NCBI GenBank assembly: GCA_963708075.1
Contig: OY970194.1
Span: 2,752,001-2,816,000 of the forward strand
Direction of reading: 5' to 3'
Length of the DNA: 64,000 bases
Source: Sedimentisphaerales bacterium
GTDB taxonomy: Bacteria > Planctomycetota > Phycisphaerae > Sedimentisphaerales > Anaerobacaceae
Below are positions 1 through 9,792 of this stretch, in pieces. Position 1 is the first letter of the stretch, and the number at the start of each line of letters is the position of its first letter. The position numbers were made by a program, and so were the translations under genes. The notes below the pieces were generated by a model. It ran no database searches. It had not been told where the DNA came from and saw only the letters and a list, made by a program, of their open reading frames with translations.

Positions 1-109
1 CCACGCTCTCGGGCATAATCCCCGACAAGAAAGGCTTGATCGAGTATCTTAATAGTTGTGGCCGGACCAGGGCGAGCCCAGCCACGCCACAGGGAGAAAT
101 GCGGGAGCT

Positions 110-1907
110 ATGTACAGCAACTCATTAACACCATCGAGATTGTTCGCCATTGTTCTAGAGCTGTTCTCGGCGGCTGCTATGGTGACGTGGCTCGGCTTTC
201 TGCTGGACGTGGACGAGACAGCGTTTGACGTTGGCGGATGGATCATACTTGGGTCCGCGCTGGGCTTCTTCATCCTGTCGATCTTGTTCTTTTGGCGGAT
301 ACGGTGGGTCCGTGTCCTCACGTCCATCCTGCTCCACGTACTTGCCCTCGTTGCTATCATGGCCCTCCCATTCATCGCTCTGGCGGATGACCTGACCTTC
401 TCGGAGAAGATGTCGGCCACCGCCCTGATCCTCCTGGCCGTAGGGCAACTTACTGTCGGCATCCTCATTCTTCACAGCAACGCCATGAAGCACGATCTGA
501 CGGGTGCCCCATTGCCGCAGGCAGTCAAGCATAGGAAACACACGGGCGTTCTTTTCGCAACAGGCTGCGTGCTGCTGCTCCTCGCAGCGCCCGCCCGGTG
601 GATTGTGCCGCTGCTCGTCGCCAAACCCACGATCTCCGTCGATTATCTCGCTCAGGCCAACGAGGCCATCAAACCCGCCGACTACGACCCGAATCGCAAC
701 GCCGCCCCGCACTATGAGAAGCTCTTTTCCCAATTCACCCCTCTGCCCGAGATCCTCCAACACAAATTCAAGGCATGGCCCACCGAGCTCATCCTCAACG
801 AATACGAAGCGATGAAGGCCTGGGCGCCGCTCAACGAACCCGCCCTACCAACGCTTGCCGAAGCGGTGAAATGCCCCTACTTGTGGCACGAGATGAAGTC
901 GGAGGATGGCTCTTTGGTAGGCATTCAGAAGCCAGACCTGGATCCTGTCCGCAGTTGTGTACAGGGTTCTCATTCTCTTGGCGAAGTACAAGGCGAGTCG
1001 TGGTGACGTGGATGGAGCACTTCAGTTGCTCGCCGATGTGCACATGATCGGTGTTCATCACACTGCGGGCGCAGCGCTGCTCAGTCAGCTCACCGGTGCC
1101 GCCATCTGCAAGATCGCATACGACGCCATCTTTGCCATCATGGACCGCTGCCAGGTCAACAAGAAGATGCTCCGGCAGACCTTCGACGTGTATGCTTCCC
1201 GCCTGCCCCAGACCCGTGTGCCACGCTTCACAGAGGTGGAGCATCTGCTCTTGCACGACCACATGCAGCGTGTGTTTACCGACGATGGCGATGGCAACGG
1301 CAGGTTGATACCGGCCCTCATGTACGAATGGAAGAAGAAGGGCCGTGAGAGTCCGTACGGCAGTCCCATTTCGTTCCTCGATGCCGTCCGCGTCGGCCTG
1401 ACCCATCCAAGCCGAGAGGAAACGACACGACTGTCCGACGCCTATTACGCTGTCGTGAAGGGCCTGGTCGGGCAGAGCCCGTGGGATTTGCACGCACAGG
1501 ACACCTGTTGTTATGAAATCATCGATGAACTTCTCTCAGAGAACTACTACCTTCACGATCTGGCCGTCCCCATCGCCGACTGTATTGACATCGGTTGGCA
1601 AGACAGAGCCCACGGCGAAGGAGTGGTGACCGTGCTGGCGATCCTCGCCTACAGGACACAGGAGGAACGCCTGCCGGGGTCGCTCGAGCAACTGGTGGCG
1701 GCGGGCTTGCTGCAAGAGGTACCGATGGACCCGTATAGCAGCGGGCCGCTTGTTTATCAATTGACCGGCGAAGACTTCACCCTGTACAGCGTGGGCGAGG
1801 ACTTCGTCGATGACGAAGGCGTGCACTGTGAGTGGAACGATTGGGGCGGCGGAGATCATGTGTTCTGGCCGGTCCAGTACCCTGACGAGATCGAAGAAGG
1901 AGAGTAG
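110..1907 (+). CDS. Multi-pass membrane protein with C-terminal pseudopilin/GspG-like motif; split by a +1 frameshift near 964
   Basis: ORFs 56..1006 and 957..1907 join if one G of GGG at 964-966 is removed (RSCVQ-VLILLAK). Several TM helices; C-terminal LPGSLEQLV...VPMDPYS..L.Y...FTLYSVG.D..DD motif. ATG 110 follows GGGAG. Confidence 0.65.
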
Positions 1908-1909
1908 CC

Positions 1910-3763
1910 ATGAGACGATTACAGGCCAAGGAGTTGCGGATCAGTATGGCGGCATTGTTGGTGCTTCTGGTATCGGTGGGCGTGACCTCAGGACAGGCGG
2001 CGGATGATTCGACGCCGCCGGTGGTGGCTCACTTTCATCTTAGCGGCGCGTTGCGCGAGTCGCCTGTGGCCGATCCGTTCGGCCTGATGGCGGGAGAGTT
2101 GACGTCCCTCAAGGACCTCGTGCGGCGGATGGACCGGGCCGGGGCCGACAGCAAGGTGAAAGCCGTGATCCTGACCTTCGGCGGCATGCAATTCGGGCTC
2201 GGACAACTGGAGGAGGTCCGGGGAGCCATCGAACGCGTCAAGACCGCCGGCAAGAAAGTGTACGTATATGCCGAAGCCATGGACACCCGCACGTATGCCC
2301 TGCTCTGCGCGGGCAATCGCCTAAGCGTCGCGCCGCAGTCGTCCCTGTGGCTGACGGGCATCTACGGGCAATCGGTCCACGTGAAGGGCCTGCTGGACAA
2401 GATCGGGGTCCAGGCGGACTACCTGCACATGGGCGATTACAAGTCCGCCGCCGAGATGTTGACGCGAACAGAGCCCAGTGCTGCAGCGGAGGAGAACCTG
2501 AACTGGATCCTCGACGGTTTCTATGGCTCGCTCGTGGACATGATCGCCAAATCGCGGGGCAAGAAGCCGGAGGAGATTCGCGACCTGATCGATCATGGCC
2601 CGTACCTCGCCGACCAGGCCCTTCAGAAGGGACTGATCGACGCCGTGGAGCCGAGGGAGGAGTTCCTGACCTACGTCCGTGAGGAGTTGGGGGGACAGAT
2701 GGCAGTGAGCAACCGCTACGGTCGAGAGGAACGGGCGGCGATCAATCTCACCAGCCCGCTTGCGATCTTCTCCCTCCTGTCCGAGATGTTCAAGACCTCG
2801 ACGGCGTCGCAGAAAGATGCGGTGGCGTTGATCTACGTCGAGGGCCCCATTCTGCCCGGACACAGTCAACCCAGCCTGTTTGGAGCGTTCAACGCCGCCT
2901 TCAGCGGGGATATCCAGAAAGCCCTGGAGAAGGCGGCGGAAATCGACTCAGTCAAAGCCATCGTCATGCGTGTCGATTCGCCCGGCGGCTCGGCCGAGGC
3001 CAGCGAGGTCATACTGAACACCGCCCGGCGAGTAGGGACGAAGAAGCCGCTGATCGTATCCATGGGCGACGTTGCGGGCAGCGGCGGCTACTATGTGTCG
3101 TGCGGTGCGGATGCCATTTTTGCCGATGAATCCACGATCACCGCCTCCATCGGCGTCGTCGGCGGCAAGCTCGTGACGACCGACATGTGGGGCAAGCTCG
3201 GCGTGAACTGGGTCGGCTATAAGCGTGGCGCCAACGCGGACCTGCTCAGCAGTGCCCGGCCTTTCAGCGATTCGCAGCGGCAGGTGATCCACAATTACAT
3301 GCAGCAGGTGTACGAGACGTTCAAGGGCCACGTGGTGAAAGGCCGGGGCGACAAGCTCCGCAAGCCCATCGACGAAATCGCCGGCGGCCGCGTCTTCACC
3401 GGCAAACAGGCCCTGGACCTGGGGCTGGTCGATCAGATCGGCGGACTGCAGCAGGCGATTGACTACGCTGCTGCAAAGGTATCGCTCAAGGACTACGAGA
3501 TCCGCGTGCTCCCCGAGCCCAAGGATTTCTTCACGCTGCTCATGGACCAGTATTCCGGCGAGGGCGAGCAACCCACAGACGTCACCCTGTCGGGCGCAAT
3601 AAATCCGTTCGCCAGCGACCCGACGCTCGCGCGCCTGCTGAGCCTGTTGCGAAAGACGGAGCCCCAGCACGCCGCGGCCCTGACCCAGGCCCTCCAGCGT
3701 ATCGATCTCCTCCGCCGCGAAAACGTGATCCTGATGATGCCCTTTGACATGGTCCTACAATAG
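1910..3763 (+). CDS. sppA: Signal peptide peptidase SppA, 67K type (S49)
   Basis: Tandem S49 domains, GDYKSAAE, RVDSPGGSA, SMGDVAGSGGYY, GRVFTGKQA. Confidence 0.93.
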   Translation: MRRLQAKELRISMAALLVLLVSVGVTSGQAADDSTPPVVAHFHLSGALRESPVADPFGLMAGELTSLKDLVRRMDRAGADSKVKAVILTFGGMQFGLGQLEEVRGAIERVKTAGKKVYVYAEAMDTRTYALLCAGNRLSVAPQSSLWLTGIYGQSVHVKGLLDKIGVQADYLHMGDYKSAAEMLTRTEPSAAAEENLNWILDGFYGSLVDMIAKSRGKKPEEIRDLIDHGPYLADQALQKGLIDAVEPREEFLTYVREELGGQMAVSNRYGREERAAINLTSPLAIFSLLSEMFKTSTASQKDAVALIYVEGPILPGHSQPSLFGAFNAAFSGDIQKALEKAAEIDSVKAIVMRVDSPGGSAEASEVILNTARRVGTKKPLIVSMGDVAGSGGYYVSCGADAIFADESTITASIGVVGGKLVTTDMWGKLGVNWVGYKRGANADLLSSARPFSDSQRQVIHNYMQQVYETFKGHVVKGRGDKLRKPIDEIAGGRVFTGKQALDLGLVDQIGGLQQAIDYAAAKVSLKDYEIRVLPEPKDFFTLLMDQYSGEGEQPTDVTLSGAINPFASDPTLARLLSLLRKTEPQHAAALTQALQRIDLLRRENVILMMPFDMVLQ

Positions 3764-3764
3764 C

Positions 3765-4328
3765 ATGAGGATTGAGAGGCGACTGCCCACAATTCACGTC
3801 AGGTTTCCCTTTGAAGCATACATCCACCTGATCTTGGATGTGTTGCCGCCAAGTGATTTGATTGGCATACGTGAAATACGAGTGGTCGAGATATTCTCCG
3901 ACAACGACCCATCCGACAAGACGCTTGGCTGCTATTATCCTGGCAAGACCACACGGGATGGAGTCATCGAGGTTCATTTGCCAAACATACTCAAACATAT
4001 CGCTCACGAGTGCACATTCTGGCTTCATCCTGAGATTGCAGCCTACAAGATCTCACCGACGTTGTGCCACGAGGTTGGCCATCATGCCCACCACGCGTGG
4101 CGGCACGGTGTCCAGAAGCCGCAAAGAGAGGTGTTTGCAAAGATATATGCCCGTGCCGGAGCGTTCGCATACCTCAAGTCACGTTCGTCCAAGATTCTTT
4201 CCTCGTACAGATGGGCAGGTTGGGACGTTTTGTCCTATGGCTTCAAGGGTATCCGCTATTGGGGCGAGGCGCGTTGCGAATTGGTCCAGTGGCTGGCCGA
4301 CAACGAGAACGGCATCAAGTTCCCTTAG
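3765..4328 (+). CDS. Hypothetical protein with HExxH zincin-like motif
   Basis: TLGCYY...TLCHEVGHH; ATG 3765 directly after the sppA stop; visibly lower GC than neighbours. Confidence 0.6.
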   Translation: MRIERRLPTIHVRFPFEAYIHLILDVLPPSDLIGIREIRVVEIFSDNDPSDKTLGCYYPGKTTRDGVIEVHLPNILKHIAHECTFWLHPEIAAYKISPTLCHEVGHHAHHAWRHGVQKPQREVFAKIYARAGAFAYLKSRSSKILSSYRWAGWDVLSYGFKGIRYWGEARCELVQWLADNENGIKFP

Positions 4329-4502
4329 GTAGCAGCCTGGAACGCGCGCCATACACCGGAACAACATGGCAAGAAGTGGAAAGGTGAACGATGGAGCGAT
4401 ACGAGCAAATACGACCGGATCAAGAAGATTGAGGACGAAGTCTGGGTTTGGAGCTCGATGAACTAGAAACGAGATGCGTTCGCAGCGAGTCTTCGTGAGG
4501 GA

Positions 4503-4889
4503 ATGGTCGCTATTCATCCGCTCGTCGTGGTTGGGATTGGCTATACGGCGGGGGTCCTGTTCTTCTTCGCGCGAGGACTGAAGCCGGGCGCACGCCGTGT
4601 GGCCTTTGTTCTGCTGGCTGCCGTCGTCCTGGGCAGTGCGATGGGGCTCGAGGCCAGAAGCTGGCCGGTCCGGTATGTGGTGGTCGGCATGGTGCTCATC
4701 ATCTTCCTGCTGCACGGCCTAGCCGCCGTGCTGACCCACCGCTTCAAGCCCACCGGCTGGCTCGTCGTCCCGGCCACCCTCTTTACATTTGCATTCAACA
4801 CCGCTTCGACGATACTGTTGTTCATCCCGATCAACGACCGGATTCCCTTCTACGTGAATGACGTTCCCGGATGGATGTATCTGTGGTAG
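4503..4889 (+). CDS. Small 4-TM hypothetical membrane protein
   Basis: Four hydrophobic segments; GAGG upstream. Confidence 0.6.
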   Translation: MVAIHPLVVVGIGYTAGVLFFFARGLKPGARRVAFVLLAAVVLGSAMGLEARSWPVRYVVVGMVLIIFLLHGLAAVLTHRFKPTGWLVVPATLFTFAFNTASTILLFIPINDRIPFYVNDVPGWMYLW

Positions 4890-4901
4890 AGAGGTGCAGG
4901 A

Positions 4902-5726
4902 GTGACTAACCGGTATGGCAGCGAAAACAAGGACGTCGGACACTACACGTGCCATCGGACCGCGGAAAGGATTGAGGTCGACGGACGACTGTCGGAGGCA
5001 TGCTGGCAACGGGCCGCGAAATCACCGCGATTTGTGGATATGGTGACCGGGGTGCCGGGGTTTCTGGATACGCGTGTGGCGGCACTGTGGGATGATGAGA
5101 ATCTCTACGTCGGCTTCTGGGTTGAGGAGCCTAATGTCCAGGCCCGGTTCACCGAGCGGGATTCCCCGGTGTACTTTGAGAACGACATCGAGGTCTTCAT
5201 CGCGGGGCAGGACTGCTACTACGAGTTCCAGATCAACGCCCGCGGGACCATCTATGAAGTTCTTTACATCTGGCAGGAGGCGTATGAGAAGGGAGGCTTT
5301 GTGGATAAGGCCGAGTTCAACCTGCTCACACACCCTGTCGATGTCCTCGGCGGCTTCCAGGACGCAACGCGATACAAGAAGCACCCGCGCGGCCGGCGCT
5401 GGGCCTTCATGGACTGGGATTTACCCGGGCTCAAGGCGGCCGTCCGCGTGGATGGGACATTGAACGACGATTCGGACGTGGACCGGGGCTGGACGGTCGA
5501 ACTGGCGTTTCCCTGGGCGGGGATGCGGACGCTGGCGCAGGGCCGTGCTGTGCCGCCGCGAGACGGGGACATCTGGCGGATGGATTTCTACCGTTTCGAG
5601 GCCCTGCCCTACAACGGCCGGGTGACAGACCCATCCATCGGCTGGTCCTTCAACAAGCACGGCGTGTACGACTCCCACATCCCCGAGTGCTTCCCCTATG
5701 TGCATTTCTCTCACAATGAGGTATAG
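4902..5726 (+). CDS. Carbohydrate-binding family 9-like (DOMON-like) protein
   Basis: IEVDGRLSEACW, WDDENLYVGF, DIEVFI..YYEFQIN, WTVELAFPW. Confidence 0.85.
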   Translation: MTNRYGSENKDVGHYTCHRTAERIEVDGRLSEACWQRAAKSPRFVDMVTGVPGFLDTRVAALWDDENLYVGFWVEEPNVQARFTERDSPVYFENDIEVFIAGQDCYYEFQINARGTIYEVLYIWQEAYEKGGFVDKAEFNLLTHPVDVLGGFQDATRYKKHPRGRRWAFMDWDLPGLKAAVRVDGTLNDDSDVDRGWTVELAFPWAGMRTLAQGRAVPPRDGDIWRMDFYRFEALPYNGRVTDPSIGWSFNKHGVYDSHIPECFPYVHFSHNEV

Positions 5727-5749
5727 GTTAGACGATGGTGGAATCAAGC

Positions 5750-5994
5750 ATGGTGATAAGAACCGCCAAACCGGAGGACTTCGACAGCATTGTCCCTTTG
5801 CTGAAGCAACTGTGGCCTGCCAACCCGCTTGATCTGAAGGCTGCTCGCGAGATCTTCGACAGGGGTCTGCCAAACAGAGAGGATGCCGGCGGGTGGAGCT
5901 GGACTCGGGATTTCATCGCACTGCGGCCCACGGGTTCTATGAGAAGCGAGGCTTCGAGAAGCGGGCATTTCTGTTTTCCAAGGTGATTGAATGA
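5750..5994 (+). pseudogene. GNAT acetyltransferase remnant with internal deletion and frameshift
   Basis: N-terminal MVIRTAKPEDFDSIVPLLKQL joined out of frame near 5869 to C-terminal AKQRGCRRVELDSGFHRTAAHGFYEKRGFEKRAFLFSKVIE*; acetyl-CoA motif A region absent. Confidence 0.75.
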
Positions 5995-6071
5995 AGTAGA
6001 ATCGGCGGCGACGTGTGCTTGTCGGCACCCGATCAAGAAAGAATGAACAGTCGAAGGACCGGAGATCCGAG

Positions 6072-6776
6072 ATGCGAAGACTTTCCGTCATGTTGGCAGC
6101 AGCAATGCTGGTCGTGGCCTCGTGTGCGGTGGATCAGGAGAAGAACGCCGCAGAGCCGCCAGCAAATCAGGAACAGAAGGTCGAGGCGGGCGCGCCGATC
6201 CTGGTCCCACCGGGGCCCCTTGATGATGCGTGGAGCCGATGGCTTGTCGGCCAGTGGGAGTGCTCGGCGGAATCGGATATCCCCGGCTTCAAGAAGTGGG
6301 TCAAAGGCAGAGGGCAGATGAATGCGGAGCTGGGCTTGGGCGGGCAATTCCTGCTGATGCGCATGGAAGGCAAAATGACGCACCTCTCGGAGGAGTATCT
6401 CCAGTACCTCCGGCAGACCCTGCACGCTCCCGAGGCGGACATCCAGAGACTGCAGAACATGGCGTTTGGCAGCCTGGAGCTTCGCTCGATCGACCCCCAG
6501 ACCGGCCAAGTCACCGCCTATCTGTTCGATAGCTGGCGCTGCGTGGCCCAGGGAACAGGGATACGCAAAGGCAACACCGAAGTCATCGAATGGAAATGGT
6601 CGCTGGCCGGCGCAGGAACGTCCGTGCGAACCTCCGTGAGAGTGAATGACGACAGGATGGCCGTCACGGAGAGGTACACGCTGTCCGACGGCAGCATCAT
6701 GGAGGACAGGGCCCTGATGGTGCGAACGCGATCCGTGCCCGCGAGCAGCGGCGAGCTGGCCCTTCTCATAGAGTGA
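6072..6776 (+). CDS. Putative lipoprotein, DUF1579-like beta-barrel
   Basis: Lipobox VASC; WLVGQW, LGGQFL, DPQTGQVTAYLFDS. Confidence 0.65.
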   Translation: MRRLSVMLAAAMLVVASCAVDQEKNAAEPPANQEQKVEAGAPILVPPGPLDDAWSRWLVGQWECSAESDIPGFKKWVKGRGQMNAELGLGGQFLLMRMEGKMTHLSEEYLQYLRQTLHAPEADIQRLQNMAFGSLELRSIDPQTGQVTAYLFDSWRCVAQGTGIRKGNTEVIEWKWSLAGAGTSVRTSVRVNDDRMAVTERYTLSDGSIMEDRALMVRTRSVPASSGELALLIE

Positions 6777-6858
6777 GCACAGCTCGCCGGCGATTCCGCC
6801 CCTGCTCGCGAGAACTCCATAGCCGCGAAAAATATTTCTCCAAGCCGCGAAAATCTGC

Positions 6859-6891
6859 TTGACCCGCGTATACATAGTTGTACTATGTATA
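6859..6891 (+). promoter_or_regulatory. sigma70-like promoter overlapped by a perfect 10-3-10 palindrome (probable PadR operator)
   Basis: TTGACC (6859-64), 16 bp, TACTAT (6881-86); TATACATAGT-TGT-ACTATGTATA at 6869-6891. Confidence 0.7.
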
Positions 6892-6927
6892 GCAGCCATA
6901 GGTAAGCTGATTCGGGAGGTAAATACA

Positions 6928-7269
6928 GTGACAATCTCAAAAGATTTGGTTGCGGCATCGGCTACACCGATGATCCTGTCCATCCTTGCCGAGAGCGATA
7001 GTTACGGGTACGCCATCATCAAACGGGTGCGAGAGCTCTCCGGGGGCGGAATGGCCTGGACCGACGGCATGCTTTATCCCGTCCTGCACCGACTGGAAAA
7101 ACAGGGCTTGATCCAGTCCTATCTGGCCAAGAGTGAGTCAGGCCGGGCACGCAAGTACTATCGACTGAAGAAGAATGGCACGAAGGCCTTGGCCGAGCAA
7201 AGAAACCAGTGGTTGCTCGTGCACAATGCCCTGCAAAAGTTGTGGGAGAGCAAACCATGTTTGACGTAG
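6928..7269 (+). CDS. PadR family transcriptional regulator
   Basis: ILSILAESDSYGYAII, GMLYPVLHRLEKQGLI, RARKYYRL; GGAGG before GTG. Confidence 0.92.
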   Translation: MTISKDLVAASATPMILSILAESDSYGYAIIKRVRELSGGGMAWTDGMLYPVLHRLEKQGLIQSYLAKSESGRARKYYRLKKNGTKALAEQRNQWLLVHNALQKLWESKPCLT

Positions 7270-7961
7270 AAAGGCAGATTGAGCAATGGCGGGCCGGCCT
7301 GGTCGGATCGGAGATGCTTGGCAATTCGACCGTCGATGAGTTGGAAAGCCACCTCCGAGAGGAAATGGGAGACTTGAAGGCATCGGGGCTGTCCGACGAG
7401 GAGGCGTTCTTCGTCTCGCGGCGTCGGCTCGGTGAGGTGGATGTTCTGGCGGCGGAGTTCGCCAAGGTCAATCCGGCCCGGCGTTTCGCCGGTAGATTCT
7501 TGTGGATGGCGATCGGCGTATTGGGCTACTTCCTCGTATTCCACCTGAGTGCGTGCGCCACCTACCCATCCGCGCTGCTCGGTTACGCCATCGGCCTGCG
7601 GAATCCCTATCTCGGTCTTCTCGTGTGTCTCACGTATGTGGCTGCCTTCGCGGGCATCGTCACACTCATGTGGCGATATCTCGCCGGCCGCTCATCCTCT
7701 GGGACGACCATGCGAGGAGCATCCAAAGCGGTATGGGTGGGCCTGTTCGCCGCGTGCGTCGCCGTAGCCCTCCATTGGATGGAAGTCTTCGGCAATCCCG
7801 TCATGGCCCGCATGATAACGCCCCAAGGCTTGCGTCAGGTGCTGATGGCACAAGCCTCGGTGTCCCTCTGTTGGGCCACATTGGCGCCGTTCCTCGTGGC
7901 TGGATTGATTGCCTTCCTCGCCCCGCGTGACCAGCGACGCGCCAAGATCTCGCAGGCATGA
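7257..7961 (+). CDS. Permease-prefix-domain membrane protein (PadR partner)
   Basis: ELESHLREEM..L...GLSDEEAF.....RLG followed by TM helices; overlaps the padR stop. Confidence 0.8.
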   Translation: MFDVERQIEQWRAGLVGSEMLGNSTVDELESHLREEMGDLKASGLSDEEAFFVSRRRLGEVDVLAAEFAKVNPARRFAGRFLWMAIGVLGYFLVFHLSACATYPSALLGYAIGLRNPYLGLLVCLTYVAAFAGIVTLMWRYLAGRSSSGTTMRGASKAVWVGLFAACVAVALHWMEVFGNPVMARMITPQGLRQVLMAQASVSLCWATLAPFLVAGLIAFLAPRDQRRAKISQA

Positions 7962-7994
7962 CCGTCACAGCCTGGGACTTGACCCGCGGTGACG

Positions 7995-8861
7995 TCAGCG
8001 ATCTGCCACGCGGTGACGGCGCTTGCGGTCCATCAGGACCGTGGTCTTGGCGTAGATCTCCGGGGGCAAGGCTTCTTCGAGCACACGGCGGACCTCCGGC
8101 ATCGGCGTCCGCTGGGTCGTGTGCGTGATGATGATCTGCTCGTTTTGCATGCATGAGAGCAGGTGGGCCAGCTCGTTAATGTGCATATGGCGGCCCGCCT
8201 CGGCCCGCTGGGCGTGCTCGTCCTCATAGAATGTGCACTCCGCGATCAGGATTTTGCTGGTCGCCACGTAAGGCAATTGGCAGAAGTCCACGTACTGCGT
8301 ATCGCCCAGGTAACTGACGATGGGCACCTCCAGAGGATAATCGATCTCCACGCCCTGTTGCTTGAGGGTCACGATTTGCGGGCCGGTGAGGCCGACGTAC
8401 TCAGACTTGAGCTTCTTGCGTTTTTCGAGGACACAGTAGCCCACGGAGCCGGGGGTGTGCTTCGTCGGAAAGGCCCGGGCAAAGAGATTTGGCTTGATCT
8501 GATGCTCATCGCCCGGCCGCACGCCTACGAGGTTGGCAGGAATCTTATTGCCGTCGAGGTGCCCCCAGGCGGCGAGGATCTCCCGCATCGCGGAGATGAG
8601 GTTGACCGGGGCCACAATCGTGCCCGGCGACATCCCGCTGAAGATCCGCTGCGACAGATAGTAGGCGAACCCTGCCGAATGATCCATATGCCCGTGCGTC
8701 AGCAGAACGTGCTCGATGGAGATAAGCTGGTCCGGGGCCTTGCCGATATCGAAGCATACGTTGAGCTGGGGCACGCCCACGACCGTCTCCTCGCCCGCTA
8801 TCGAGTAGCCGAGGATGTCGAGCTCGCCAATTTGAACTTGTGCCAGGTTGTGACTAGGCAT
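7995..8861 (-). CDS. MBL-fold metallohydrolase, short RNase Z-like
   Basis: THGHMDHSAG, YLGDT, ECTF, RHMH motifs. Confidence 0.85.
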   Translation of the reverse strand: MPSHNLAQVQIGELDILGYSIAGEETVVGVPQLNVCFDIGKAPDQLISIEHVLLTHGHMDHSAGFAYYLSQRIFSGMSPGTIVAPVNLISAMREILAAWGHLDGNKIPANLVGVRPGDEHQIKPNLFARAFPTKHTPGSVGYCVLEKRKKLKSEYVGLTGPQIVTLKQQGVEIDYPLEVPIVSYLGDTQYVDFCQLPYVATSKILIAECTFYEDEHAQRAEAGRHMHINELAHLLSCMQNEQIIITHTTQRTPMPEVRRVLEEALPPEIYAKTTVLMDRKRRHRVADR

Positions 8862-8864
8862 TTG

Positions 8865-8988
8865 GATTTACCATTTATCATTTACGATTTATGATTTACG
8901 AATTACGATTTGTCTCCGGACGCGCTATCTGTTCTACCGTGCGTCATCGCCAATCATAAATTGTAAATCGTAAATCGTAAATCGCAAA
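8865..8988. repeat. Heptamer inverted-repeat element A: (GATTTAY)n, core, (RTAAATC)n
   Basis: About 6.5 units at 8865-8911 and about 5 inverted units at 8952-8987; fills the whole divergent intergenic gap. Confidence 0.9.
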
Positions 8989-9768
8989 ATGCCCGACACA
9001 CGAGAACATAGAGGTCCGCATCCCGCCGATGCGGAGTTGTTTGCGCCGCCGATGCATACCCGCCTGCGGGCGGCCGTGGCTGATTTCTCCATGCTGCTGA
9101 CAAAGGGCTACGCGGAAAAAAGTGCGCTGGCGCTGGTCGGCGACCGATTCTCGCTGACGCAGCGGCAGCGATTGGCCGTGATGCGAAGCGCCTGCTCCGA
9201 TCAGCAACTGCAGTCGCGTCTCGAACGCCGCATGCCCGTCGAGGCGCTGGCCGATCAGCCCATCGCCATCGACGGCTATAACCTGCTGATCACCATCGAA
9301 GCGGCCATGAGCGGCGGCCTAATCTTCAAAGGCCGCGACGGCTGCTTCCGCGACCTGGCCAGCATCCATGGTACCTACCGCAAAGTCGAAGAAACAGTCC
9401 CCGCCGTGCAACTCATCGGCGCCTTCCTGACCGAAATCCGCATTGCCCGGGCCCTCTGGCTTCTGGACAGTCCCGTCTCCAACAGCGGCCGCCTCAAGAC
9501 CCTGATCGCGCAACTCGCCCGTGAGAACAACTGGCCCTGGGAGATCCGCCTGACAATCAGTCCCGACGCGGAATTGAGTTCCCCGTTGACAGTTCCCAGT
9601 TCTCAGTTCCCAGCCAACTGTCAACTGACGACTGACAACCGGCAACTGACCGCAATCGTCGTCAGCACCGACAGCGTCATCCTCGACGCCTGCCAGAAAT
9701 GGGCCAACCTCGCCGCCGAGATCATCACCCGACGATTGCCGCCGACGACCATCATCGACCTCACTTGA
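8989..9768 (+). CDS. DUF434 domain-containing (PIN-like) protein with in-frame repeat insertion
   Basis: HRGPHP.D..LF, IDGYNLLITIE, DGCFRDLAS.HGTYRKV, LDSPVSNSGRL, STDSVILD. Confidence 0.85.
   Translation: MPDTREHRGPHPADAELFAPPMHTRLRAAVADFSMLLTKGYAEKSALALVGDRFSLTQRQRLAVMRSACSDQQLQSRLERRMPVEALADQPIAIDGYNLLITIEAAMSGGLIFKGRDGCFRDLASIHGTYRKVEETVPAVQLIGAFLTEIRIARALWLLDSPVSNSGRLKTLIAQLARENNWPWEIRLTISPDAELSSPLTVPSSQFPANCQLTTDNRQLTAIVVSTDSVILDACQKWANLAAEIITRRLPPTTIIDLT
9576..9650. repeat. Heptamer inverted-repeat element (CAGTTCY / CAACTGA) inside the DUF434 ORF
   Basis: CAGTTCC CAGTTCT CAGTTCC followed by CAACTGT CAACTGA CGACTGA CAACCGG CAACTGA. Confidence 0.8.
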
Positions 9769-9792
9769 ATCTCTCATCCCCTTACCGAGATT

